A DNA stretch of 64,000 nt, taken from contig JBGSLZ010000052.1 in NCBI GenBank assembly GCA_041740415.1, forward strand, positions 2,789-66,788, given 5' to 3'. Below are positions 1-9,700 of this stretch, piece after piece. The stretch is from Rubripirellula sp. GTDB taxonomy: Bacteria > Planctomycetota > Planctomycetia > Pirellulales > Pirellulaceae. The notes under the pieces are model-generated. The model had not been told where the DNA came from, searched no databases, and worked only from the letters and a program-made list of their open reading frames with translations. Position numbers and translations under genes: made by a program. Numbering within the stretch: the stretch's first letter is position 1; each line of letters opens with the position of its first letter.

Positions 1-458
1 GCGACGTGCAACCAATAAACGGTGCTGCGCGCAAACGGTTGCTTCAAGTCGAAGCCGCCGATGCGGACCAACAAAATGCCAGTAGCCAGTATCGCCAAAC
101 TGATCGCGAACAACACGTACCCGATCCGAACCGCGCGGCGATTGCGTCGATCCTTGGTGTTGAGCATGTGGATGAAGCCGAAGATCACAAGCGGTAAGAT
201 CAGCGCGAGCCCCAACACCAAGTGCGCCAAAAACATGTACTGATAAAAGAAGTCCTGATATGTTTGGTCCTGATACCACTCCAGGAACGTGAAAATGCCC
301 AGATAGGCTGAGTTGGCAAATAACAGAGCGACAAGAACGAAGATCAGATAAAGCAGTTTGCGAAGTCGCGGACCGACGGCTCGCACGTATTTCTTTTTGG
401 GCAGCGACGACGGCGCGGGTACCGGCGCAGCGGCACCCTCATTGGGTATGGATGACAT
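1..458 (-). CDS. 5' part of a polytopic membrane protein, running off the window start; N-terminus resembles planctomycete multiheme cytochrome c/TPR proteins
   Basis: Not in the ORF track. Manual translation from ATG at 458 gives MSSIPNEG...YVRAVGPRLRKLLYLIFVLVALLFANSAYL...YMFLAHLVLG...RRAVRIGYVLF...YWLHV, open to the edge with several TM helices. Family is recalled; no heme motifs are visible in the window. Confidence 0.7.
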   Translation of the reverse strand, partial: MSSIPNEGAAAPVPAPSSLPKKKYVRAVGPRLRKLLYLIFVLVALLFANSAYLGIFTFLEWYQDQTYQDFFYQYMFLAHLVLGLALILPLVIFGFIHMLNTKDRRNRRAVRIGYVLFAISLAILATGILLVRIGGFDLKQPFARSTVYWLHV

Positions 459-506
459 GATGGATTCCGAGCGGAGAATGGCTTGAATGGGCGTACTGGA
501 ACGTCA

Positions 507-875
507 TCAAACCTGTGGCGGACGCTCGATATCCGACTCAAATCCGTCGGGAAGAAAGATCGATCGATCGGCGACGGCGCGGCCGTCCCAAACGAGATAG
601 GCATGCGACTGGCCGCGAAGGTGCGGGGCAAGCTGCTCGTGACTTCGCTCGGTGGTCGGCACCGATGGCGAGGGAACGGAACCTGAAGGTGACTGTTTGC
701 ACAGCGGCCCGTTGCAAGGGCGATGGGCCGGCAACGGCAGGTCCGACGAATCGGCATTCATGGTCGCGGTCGCCGGATGTGCCAACCAATCACCACAGCT
801 AGCTTCGGCCTCGCGCGGTGCTAAAGCACACGCAGAGATCACGAAAAAAGCGATGATTGGGAGAATTCGCGACAT
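507..875 (-). CDS. Small exported Cys/Pro-rich protein ending in ERPP; DUF2946-like candidate leader ORF
   Basis: Signal peptide (MSRILPIIAFFVISACALAPREAEA), SCGDW and PCNGPLC motifs, C-terminus DIERPPQV; stop lies 48 bp upstream of the co-oriented membrane protein gene. Confidence 0.7.
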   Translation of the reverse strand: MSRILPIIAFFVISACALAPREAEASCGDWLAHPATATMNADSSDLPLPAHRPCNGPLCKQSPSGSVPSPSVPTTERSHEQLAPHLRGQSHAYLVWDGRAVADRSIFLPDGFESDIERPPQV

Positions 876-1033
876 CAACGACCGCCGAGACAAGAGATTC
901 AACACTTAAGGGTAGTCGATGGGGACAACGCTTGTCAAATCGCGGCTCAACGAAAAAACGTGCAGTTTCGATTGTGCTAGATGAGCAAGCAAAGTTTTGC
1001 GAATCTTGTAAATACATTCTTAAGCGAACGCTC

Positions 1034-1960
1034 TCAAGCAAACTCTTCGGTTACGTCCATGTGAATGTGATCGATGTGCGCGGTTCGTCCGTCGTCACCG
1101 CCTTCTTTGCCGTAGTCGGGGTGGACCACGGCGCCGTTCCAGCCGGGCGGGTGCGAGGGGCCAGGGTTCGATGGGGCCTTGGTGCTGCCATCCCTGCATT
1201 GTTCGATCGCAAAGTTGTACATCTTCAAAAAGAAGTCGTGGGCCGTCTTGTCGGATATCGGATCAAGGCGAAAACGCGGGTCGGTGAAGGTGAAACCTGG
1301 GGGCCACTTACCTTTGACGCCGCCGAGTGCATCGGGGATCGACTTCGATCCCCAATCGTTTCGCACCATCAACTTTCCAATACGGGTGGAAGCACCCGCA
1401 AAATCGAGTGCAACGCCGCGGTTGTGACGGTTAGTTTGAATGTCCCCCCTGCCGGCAAATCCCATATGGAAAATGATCGCCGGTCCGCCAAACTCTTTTG
1501 TGACAAAGGTCGCCATCCGAATCGCCAACAGATACATCCGCCAACCCGGACCAAAGATAAGGTTAGCACTGAGATTGTTTGTGTTCAGGAACGTGACATT
1601 GTTGATCACGTTTTCGGTCAACAACATCCCTGTCCAAGTAATCGTTCCCGCCTTGTCCTTCCTCATCAGATCCAGCGGTGGAAACGCGAATCCTTTTCTG
1701 TCTTGGTTCGGAAATCGAAACGCGCCTCGCTCCCAATGGAAGTTCACGATTTCCCTCGCTTCCGGCTCAGTCAAATTTTTGACTTCGACATCAAGCTTGG
1801 CGGGTGGCGGTTTGGGAGGATTCGGCAACGGCCCGCCTTTGTCGCCCTGTGAATCAGGCTCGGTCCTCGCCTTGGATTGATCCAGGACGCCACGGTAGTT
1901 CAGAAGGCCGCCCGACTTATTGTGCGCGTCGAGTACACCGGGTTTTTTGGCAGCACCCAT
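1034..1960 (-). CDS. Extensin-like / peptidase M15 (Hedgehog/DD-peptidase fold) zinc-binding protein
   Basis: Motifs NRHNRGVALDFAG (HxxxxxxD) and HIDHIHMD (HxH) match the LAS zinc-site pattern. Start placed at MGAAKK (1960); the ORF track extends to 2140. Confidence 0.6.
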   Translation of the reverse strand: MGAAKKPGVLDAHNKSGGLLNYRGVLDQSKARTEPDSQGDKGGPLPNPPKPPPAKLDVEVKNLTEPEAREIVNFHWERGAFRFPNQDRKGFAFPPLDLMRKDKAGTITWTGMLLTENVINNVTFLNTNNLSANLIFGPGWRMYLLAIRMATFVTKEFGGPAIIFHMGFAGRGDIQTNRHNRGVALDFAGASTRIGKLMVRNDWGSKSIPDALGGVKGKWPPGFTFTDPRFRLDPISDKTAHDFFLKMYNFAIEQCRDGSTKAPSNPGPSHPPGWNGAVVHPDYGKEGGDDGRTAHIDHIHMDVTEEFA

Positions 1961-2259
1961 CAATGATTCCGAACGTTTTTGAAAGATGACGCGCGTCGTA
2001 CCGGGGGCTTCCGGCCGCCGATGTTCCCGGTGGCTGGGTGTCGCCGCTGTTTCCAGTGACTTAGAGCCCTGTTGATCTTGGTGACTGGTAGCCGCCCTGT
2101 TTCCGGTGACCGGAAGCCTCCGATACGACGCAGCAGGCAATTTCTGTCAGCTTGCTGATGTGTTAATCGCCGTCGTGAACCGCCAGCGAACAAGATTCCT
2201 CCAATATTTCGCTCATCTCATCCTGTTTTCTTTCGCTCGACGATCGTTACCATGGGCGG

Positions 2260-3204
2260 ATGAATGAAAGCATTTTTAGCGGGTGCATTCCCGCGCTGAT
2301 GACCCCCTGCCGAGCCGACCGTACCCCTGACTTTGACGCGCTCGTCGAAAAGGCACGTGAATTGATCGGCCACGGCATGAACGCCGTCGTCTACTGCGGA
2401 TCGATGGGCGATTGGCCGCTGTTGACCGACCAGCAGCGTCAATTCGGCGTCGCCCAGCTGGTCCAAGCCGACGTTCCCGTCATCGTCGGCACCGGCGCTC
2501 AAAACACAACGATCGCGGCAGAACACGCTCGGCACGCGCAAACCGTCGGCGCGGAAGGTTTGATGGTCATCCCGCGTGTGCTCTCGCGAGGAACCTCGGC
2601 GGCGGCCCAACGCGATCACTTCGCCCGAGTATTATCGGCGGCGCCCGATTTGCCCGCCGTGATTTACAACAGTCCCTACTATGGATTCGAGACGAAGGCG
2701 GATCTGTTCTTCGATCTGCGTCGCCAGTTCCCAAACTTGGTCGGTTTCAAAGAGTTCGGAGGCGCCGCGTCGCTCAGTTACGCCGCCGAGCACATCACCG
2801 GCGCTGATGATGACGTGGTGCTGCTGGCGGGCGTTGACACGCAAGTCTATCACGGCTTCGTCCACTGCCACGCCTCCGGTGCAATCACTGGTATCGGAAA
2901 CTGTCTGCCGGTGCCAGTTTTGAAGTTGGTCGATTTGTGTGTCGCCGCGGCCGACGGAGACTCGGTTGCGCAGCAGTTGGCGAAAGAGCTTGACGATGCG
3001 TTGTGGGCGCTGTCGAAGTTCGATGAAGGCCCCGATTTGGTGCTCTACTACAAATACCTGTTGGTGTTGATGGGCGACGATCGCTATGAACGGCACTTCA
3101 ACGAAGCCGATCGGCTGAGCGATTCGCAGCGCGGCTTTGTCGAACAACATTTGCAGCAGTTCATGAATTGGTGGGAATCGTGGGACGGACGCGACCATGA
3201 CTGA
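2260..3204 (+). CDS. Dihydrodipicolinate synthase family protein, probably 1-pyrroline-4-hydroxy-2-carboxylate deaminase
   Basis: DHDPS-family motifs GSMGDW, IYNSP and Schiff-base Lys in GFKEFGG; operonic with a proline racemase-family gene and a D-amino acid dehydrogenase. Confidence 0.85.
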   Translation: MNESIFSGCIPALMTPCRADRTPDFDALVEKARELIGHGMNAVVYCGSMGDWPLLTDQQRQFGVAQLVQADVPVIVGTGAQNTTIAAEHARHAQTVGAEGLMVIPRVLSRGTSAAAQRDHFARVLSAAPDLPAVIYNSPYYGFETKADLFFDLRRQFPNLVGFKEFGGAASLSYAAEHITGADDDVVLLAGVDTQVYHGFVHCHASGAITGIGNCLPVPVLKLVDLCVAAADGDSVAQQLAKELDDALWALSKFDEGPDLVLYYKYLLVLMGDDRYERHFNEADRLSDSQRGFVEQHLQQFMNWWESWDGRDHD

Positions 3205-4192
3205 GCGTCCGACCGAAACGGTGTCGATCGAAGTCATCGATTCGCACACCGGCGGCGAACCGACGCGAGTCGTGTTGACGGGCGTTCCCGATTTGACGGA
3301 TGCCGGCCTAACGGATGCCGGCCTAACCGATGCCGGGACAAGCGGCAGGACCGTCGCCGATCAGCTCGCCTGTTTCCGCGACCACTACGATCACTATCGC
3401 ACGGCGATCGTGACCGAGCCGCGCGGCAACGATGTGTTGGTCGGTGCTTTGCTATGCCCGCCCGCCGACCCGAGCGCGGAATTCGGCGTCATCTTCTTCA
3501 ACAACGTCGGCTACTTGGGCATGTGCGGCCACGGCATGATCGGGCTGGTCGCGACGCTGCGTCACATGGGCTGGGTGCAGACGGGATCGTGTCGGATCGA
3601 AACGCCGGTTGGAACTGTCGAAGCGATCGCCAGCGCCGACGGCAGCGTATCGATCACCAACGTGGACAGCTATCGAAAAGCGAAAGATGTTGCGATCGAG
3701 CTTCCCGAGCTGGGGACGGTGGTCGGCGATGTTGCTTGGGGCGGCAATTGGTTTTACCTCGTCAAAGAACCGACGTTCGACATTTCGCTGGACCACGTGA
3801 ACTCGTTGCAAAACATTGCAGCAACGATCCGGCGCGTGATCAATCAAAGCGGGTATCCCGAAGTCGATCACGTCGAACTGTTCGCGGCTGATGGTGGCAA
3901 ACATGCCGATTCGCGCAACTTCGTCTTGTGTCCCGGAATGGCCTACGATCGATCGCCGTGCGGGACGGGCACGAGCGCGAAGTTGGCTTGTTTAGCGGCC
4001 GACGGAACCCTCGATCCGGGCGCGATCTGGTTGCAGGCGGGTGTGTTGGGCACAACCTTCATGGCCCATTATCAACCGTCGGATTCAGGAAACGGTCGCA
4101 TCGTACCAGTCATCACCGGAACAGCGTTCGTAACAGGCCAATCCAAATTGCAAATCCGCCCCGACGATCCGTTCGCATGGGGCATCCAGTAG
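3197..4192 (+). CDS. Proline racemase family, probably 4-hydroxyproline 2-epimerase
   Basis: DSHTGGEPTR, GMCGHG and DRSPCGTGT (Cys/Cys catalytic pair). Confidence 0.9.
   Translation: MTERPTETVSIEVIDSHTGGEPTRVVLTGVPDLTDAGLTDAGLTDAGTSGRTVADQLACFRDHYDHYRTAIVTEPRGNDVLVGALLCPPADPSAEFGVIFFNNVGYLGMCGHGMIGLVATLRHMGWVQTGSCRIETPVGTVEAIASADGSVSITNVDSYRKAKDVAIELPELGTVVGDVAWGGNWFYLVKEPTFDISLDHVNSLQNIAATIRRVINQSGYPEVDHVELFAADGGKHADSRNFVLCPGMAYDRSPCGTGTSAKLACLAADGTLDPGAIWLQAGVLGTTFMAHYQPSDSGNGRIVPVITGTAFVTGQSKLQIRPDDPFAWGIQ
3293..3337 (+). repeat. In-frame 15-bp tandem repeat x3 (LTDAG)3
   Basis: ttgacggatgccggc / ctaacggatgccggc / ctaaccgatgccggg. Confidence 0.9.
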
Positions 4193-4248
4193 GTCCGGTT
4201 GCACCGGACAATGTCATATCGAATTCCGTCCGGTGGAACCGGACCTAC
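4189..4248. repeat. GTAG-type REP doublet (family A)
   Basis: GTAGGTCCGGTTGCACCGGAC (4189-4209) and inverted GTCCGGTGGAACCGGACCTAC (4228-4248). Confidence 0.9.
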
Positions 4249-4264
4249 TTTTGAGGAACTCACG

Positions 4265-5521
4265 TTGACGAAACGAATCGTCATCATCGGCGGCGGCGTC
4301 ATCGGTTTGCTGAGCGCTTGGCATTGTCGCGGCGCGGGGCACGATGTGACTGTCATCGATCGCGACAGCTCGAAGCGCGACGGATGCTCGTTCGGCAACG
4401 CCGGCATGATCGTGCCGAGCCACTTCGTTCCGCTGGCCGCGCCGGGAATGATTCGCTTGGGGCTGAAGTGGATGGCGAACCCCGAGTCGCCCTTCTACAT
4501 CCGGCCGCGTTTGTCGCTGGAGCTGTTTTCGTGGCTGTGGAAATTTCAACGATCGTGTACGTCAGCGCACGTTGCCGACGCGGGACCGTTGCTCAGAGAT
4601 CTGCACTTGGCAAGTCGCGCCGGCTACCAACAACTGCAGTCGGAATTGCCGGGAGGCTTCGATCTGACCACCGCCGGGCTGCTGATGCTGTGCAAGACTA
4701 AGGTATCGCTGCACGAAGAATCCGAAACCGCGGCGCTGGCCCGTTCGCTCGGCGTGCCCGCCGAAGTGCTATCAGCAGACGATGCCGCGGGGCTCGATCC
4801 GGGCATCAGCATGGACGTTTGCGGCGCGGTGTACTTCCCAAAAGATTGCCATCTGTCACCCAACCGTTTGATGATGGGACTGGAGCAACATTTGGTCGAC
4901 GACGGAGTCACGTTTCACTGGAATTGCGAGTGGTCGGACTTCGCGACCACCGGCGATCGCATCGACAAAGTGATCACGTCGACCGGCGAAATCAACGCTG
5001 ATGAAGTCATCGTTTGCGGCGGCGTTTGGTCGCCGCAAATCGGCGAGCGATTGAATGTCAACTTACCGATCCAAGCGGGCAAGGGTTACAGCGTCACGCT
5101 CGATCTGCCGCGCGAATTACCGGCGATCTGTTCGATACTGACCGAAGCGCGAGTGGCGGTGACGCCGATGGGTGACACGCTTCGCTTCGGTGGCACGATG
5201 GAGATCGCTGGTTTGGACGATTCGATTTCCGAAAATCGAGTGCGAGGCATCGTGAAATCGATCCCGCAATACTTCCCCAACTTTCGCGAAGACGATTTTC
5301 AAGCATGTCGACCGTGGGTTGGGATGAGACCGTGTTCGCCGGACGGTTTGCCGTATCTCGGGCGCACCGATCTTTGGAAGAACGTCATCATCAACACTGG
5401 CCACGCGATGATGGGGATCAGTTTGGCGATGATATCGGGGCAACTGGTCGCCGAAATCGTCAACGGCAAGCCGGCCTCGATCAACCGACTGAAAATGTTA
5501 TCGCCCGATCGTTATAAGTAG
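4265..5521 (+). CDS. FAD-dependent D-amino acid dehydrogenase (DadA family), probably D-hydroxyproline dehydrogenase
   Basis: GGGVIG FAD motif, CSFGNAG, GMRPCSPDGLP, GHAMMG. TTG start at 4265 after GAGG; the track start at 4199 runs through the REP. Confidence 0.85.
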   Translation: MTKRIVIIGGGVIGLLSAWHCRGAGHDVTVIDRDSSKRDGCSFGNAGMIVPSHFVPLAAPGMIRLGLKWMANPESPFYIRPRLSLELFSWLWKFQRSCTSAHVADAGPLLRDLHLASRAGYQQLQSELPGGFDLTTAGLLMLCKTKVSLHEESETAALARSLGVPAEVLSADDAAGLDPGISMDVCGAVYFPKDCHLSPNRLMMGLEQHLVDDGVTFHWNCEWSDFATTGDRIDKVITSTGEINADEVIVCGGVWSPQIGERLNVNLPIQAGKGYSVTLDLPRELPAICSILTEARVAVTPMGDTLRFGGTMEIAGLDDSISENRVRGIVKSIPQYFPNFREDDFQACRPWVGMRPCSPDGLPYLGRTDLWKNVIINTGHAMMGISLAMISGQLVAEIVNGKPASINRLKMLSPDRYK

Positions 5522-5584
5522 GTCCGGTTCCACCGGACGCAAACACCGGACGGCAACATGATCGTCCGGTGGAACCGGACCTAC
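5518..5584. repeat. GTAG-type REP doublet (family A) between convergent genes
   Basis: GTAGGTCCGGTTCCACCGGAC (5518-5538) and GTCCGGTGGAACCGGACCTAC (5564-5584). Confidence 0.92.
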
Positions 5585-6714
5585 CTTTGATAGATCGGCA
5601 AGTAGTGATACCGCACACTCAGACTCAACAGCGTCAACGCGGTGCCGTAGACGGCGCCGATGTTGCGTTCTTCGCCGCCTCGCGCGATCCACGATCCGTC
5701 GCCGCCTTGCGAATTGAGCAACAATTCGGGGACCAGCTTATCGGCCGTTTCCGCGTACTTGCCGCCCGCTTGGTGCATGCCTTGCGCGTAGTAGTAGACG
5801 CCATAAAAGAAGAATCGCTCGTTCTCTTTCGGCGGATTCTGCAACAACCATTCCGCCGCTCCTTCCACCAACGGCGAATCGTACTGACCGCAAACCTGCA
5901 TCGCCAACAAACCCGCAGCCGTCATCGTGAACGACGGATGATATGAACCGGGCGTGTAGGTGAACCCGCTGACCTTGTCACGCGGTTTGCCTTCGCGATC
6001 CAGCGGCGATGCGTACGAAAAGCGAAGATACTCGAGCGCGCTTTCGATCGCTTCGCCCGGCACGTCCATGCCATCGTTCTTCGCTGACCGCAGCGCCATC
6101 AACTGCCAAATCGAAACCGACAAATCCGAATCGCGGCTGTCAGGCGTGTATCGCCAACCGCCGCGCAGCTTCTCGGGTTTGTTCATCGCTTGCGCCGCCA
6201 AGATCACCTTGATCGCATCGACGAGCGACGAGTGGATGCGTTCGTTCTGCTCCGGCGTCGCGCCCATGCCCAACATCTCCGTCAACATCAACGTGACGAT
6301 GCCGTGACCGTACATTCGCGAACCATCACGAGCACCGAAGTAGCCTTCCATCGTTTGGTTGTTGTGGTCGAGTACGAAGTCGATCGCACTTTGCATCGCC
6401 CTTCCGCGACCGGCCAATGTCGACGGCATCGTGCCGATCGCCGCCATCGCCATTACCGCCAATGCCGACATCGCGACTTCGTGACCACGGTCGGCGATCG
6501 CACCATCGGCACGTTGCTTGTTGACCAAGAAGTCGACGCCGCGATCGACCGCGCGATCGATGTCATCTTTCAAGTACAACGACTGTGTCGGTTCTTGAGC
6601 CAACCCTCTCGATGCGGCCAACCCTTTCGATGCCGCCAACATCGACGCCAGCGTCAATAGACAGTGACGTCGATTCGGCTCGGCGGTTGTGACGGATGGA
6701 AGTTTCGGTGTCAT
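5581..6714 (-). CDS. Prenyltransferase/squalene-cyclase repeat protein with Tat-like signal
   Basis: NRRHCLL signal; QW-type repeats (KQRADG, GGWRY..DSDLSVSIWQLMAL, SQGGDGSW). Confidence 0.85.
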   Translation of the reverse strand: MTPKLPSVTTAEPNRRHCLLTLASMLAASKGLAASRGLAQEPTQSLYLKDDIDRAVDRGVDFLVNKQRADGAIADRGHEVAMSALAVMAMAAIGTMPSTLAGRGRAMQSAIDFVLDHNNQTMEGYFGARDGSRMYGHGIVTLMLTEMLGMGATPEQNERIHSSLVDAIKVILAAQAMNKPEKLRGGWRYTPDSRDSDLSVSIWQLMALRSAKNDGMDVPGEAIESALEYLRFSYASPLDREGKPRDKVSGFTYTPGSYHPSFTMTAAGLLAMQVCGQYDSPLVEGAAEWLLQNPPKENERFFFYGVYYYAQGMHQAGGKYAETADKLVPELLLNSQGGDGSWIARGGEERNIGAVYGTALTLLSLSVRYHYLPIYQR

Positions 6715-6717
6715 CGT

Positions 6718-9700
6718 CTATTCCTTTTCGGCCGCTTGGCGAGCGATCGCGCGGAAGTAGGCTTCGATTTCTTTGCGATACTGTGCAGGCACGTTCGGCG
6801 CCGAACTCTCGGCCGCATCGTCCGTACGTCGCTCGCGCAGTTGACCCCACGGATCGCCGATTCGTTCGACGCCCGCCGTGTCCACCATGCCTCCGCCAGG
6901 CATCTCGCCTGAACCCGATTCAGTCGCCGGTTGACCGCTGGCGGTCGGGTCATCCGACGGTTCGCCTTCACCGGCGGGCGACGGATTGAGTTGTTGTTGA
7001 CGTTGGCGTGCCGCGTTTTGCGATTGAGCTTCCATCATGCTTGCCAAAGTCGGTGAAGCTTGAGCGGCGCTCGACGGTTTCCCGCTCGGCTTGCCGCCCG
7101 GCTCGGAACCCGGCTGCTGTCCAGGCTGTCCCTGTTCTCCTTGCGCTTGTTCACCCTGTTCGCCTTCACCTTGTTCCGACTTGGCCATCGCCCGGTCGAG
7201 TTCGTCGAGCGTTTGCGCCAACTGCCGCGCCCGTTCTTCTCCGGCACCCTCGGCGGCCTGGGCGTCCGGTGACGGCTGGCCGGGCTGTTCTTGAGCCTCG
7301 CCAACCTGTGCGACGGACTTGGCAGCGTCGCGAATCTTTTGCTCGGCTTCAGTCACTTTCTGGTTCGCCGCCGCCGACTTTTCCGACTGCTCCGTCGCCT
7401 CTTGCAACGCATCCGCAGCATCCTCAGCAGCCTGCTTCGCGCCCTCGGCAACTTGTTCGGCGACCTGATCGAGTTGGCCGGCAGGTTGCTGATTCCCCAG
7501 TCGCTGTTCATGCCGCGCCGCTCGTTGCAATTGCTCGACCGCTTCATTCACGTCGCCGGCGATCTGATTCTGTTGCCGCGTCAGCGATTCCGCTTGCTGT
7601 TTTGGCGCTCGCAACTCGGCGGCCTTCTCACCGATCTGCGACAGCTCCTTCAACTGCTGCTGAATCTGGGCCAGCTCTTCGGTCGCCTGCTCGGCCATCC
7701 GCTCGGTCAACTGGGCCGCCGGGTTCGGCTTGTCGAGTTTATCGAGTCGTTGACGTCCGAGTTCCTTCTCTCGCTCGCGAGCTTCGTCAGCCCGCTCTTT
7801 CGCGAAGTCGCTCGACTCTCGCGCGGACTGCTCGGACTCCTTCATTTCGTCGGCTTGACGATTGAGATCGGCGAGTTGGTTATCGAGGCCCTCGCGATTG
7901 TTTTCTTCCTTCTTGATTCGCTTTTCAACTTCTTCCTTCCTTCGCTCGACATCGCGAAGTTGACGTTGAGCTTGCTGCATGCGACGGTCGGCGTCGCGCT
8001 GGGCGTTGGACCAATCCTGTTGTTCTTGGTTGGCGGCGCGAGTTCGCTGAGTCCGCGCGTCACGCTCCATTCGCTCGAATTGTTGAGACTCACGTTCGAG
8101 TCGTTGCTTATCATCGCCGTAGATCGGCTTGTCCTTCGCCGCCGACGCGCTCTCATCGAGTTTCTTGAGCGCCTCGTTCGCCTGATCGATCGCCTTGGAC
8201 ATCTGCTGCGCCGTTTGCTGAATCTTGTTCAGCGGCGCTTGCTCGCCGCCCATCCGGTTCGCTTCTTCCACCGCGTCGCGAAGGACCTCATGAGCCTTGC
8301 GCGCCTGCTCGATTGCTGCCGGCGTTTCGGCGGAACCCGCTGCACGCTCGGCCGAACTGAGCAACGATTGATCGACCGATGCCGATCGTCGCGCCAAGTT
8401 GGCAAGCTCACGCGCCGCGCGTGCCTTCGATTCTTGGAACGACGCATCGCTGCGTTCAAGCGACTGGTTCACGTTCGCTTCATCTCGCGCGGATTGTTCC
8501 AGCGATGCCTGCGCGGTCTTGGCGGCTTGCTTGGATATCTCCGACAGCTCGTTTTGCATCGGTTCGTTACGCTGCAACTCCTTCTCGAGCCGTTCCATCA
8601 ACTCTTCGGGGCTTCCCTGCGCGGCATCCGCCATCGCTTTGGCCCGATCGAACCGCTCCTGCAACTGCTGATCGATCTCGAGTTCCGCCTCGGCCTTGCG
8701 AAGCTGTTCCCGCGACTCGCTGACATCCTGACCTTCGGCGGCCTTCTGGAAATGTTCCGACGTCTGCTCGAGCGACTTCGCCAAGTCCTCCAGCGCGGCG
8801 GCGTTCTGGTCCAGCGATTCCTTGCGTTCGCCATCATCGGCAGCTTCCTTGGCCGCGTCCACCGCCTGGTCGGCCCGCTTCATCGCGTCTTGGATTTGCG
8901 CCGACGCGGCATCGGCATCACGCGCCAACTCGCGTTGTTCGGCTTGATCCAATTCAGCGGTATTGGCAAAATCGACGAGCGCTTCGAGCGTCTCCTTGGC
9001 GTCCTGTTGTGCCTCTTCCTGCTGCTCAGCCAATCGCTCGGCCTCCTTCGCCGAATCGTCTTGCCGTTTCTCGTTCTCTTGCTTCGCCTGCTTCGCTTCC
9101 TCAGCCGCCTTGGCAGCCTGTTCGGGCAACGTCAGCACATAGTTCAAGATGGTTTGACGAGCTTCGTCGACCTTTGGCCCGATCGCCGACAAACCGGTCT
9201 CCATACCAGTTACAAGTGTTTGCAGCGGAGATTCGGCGCTAACGATGTCATCGCCGCTCCACAATCGACGCGTGATTCGGTCTCGAGATTGATTGAAGGT
9301 GTCGTTGTAACGGCTGCGGTCGATCGGTTCGATCTGTTTCCAATCCAGTCCCGACTGCTGCATCGTTTGCGAGGGCCATTCCATCAGTGTCCCGAAGCGC
9401 TGAATCCAATTCGAATGCTCGATCTTCGAAATCGCGCCGCCCCGCAGTCGGCGTTCCGCATCAGCCAACGCCTTCAATTCTCTCAGCAACATGCCGGCTT
9501 CGTGATTGCCTTCGATCAGCTTGAACGCGACCGTCAATTTCTGATGCACTTCGCCGGCCGGTTCATCGCGGTAGTTCGCGAACCCCGATCCGGCGACATT
9601 ATCGATCGCGCGGCCGATCAGATTCAGATCTGCCGCGTACTGCAAATCAACCGACGGCAGCTCGCGGTGCAACGTCGATTCGCCTTCGACACGCTCGGCC

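Noticed and set aside
857-1852. 331-aa plus-strand ORF
   Set aside because: Antisense shadow of the motif-bearing 1034-1960 gene; no recognisable motifs.
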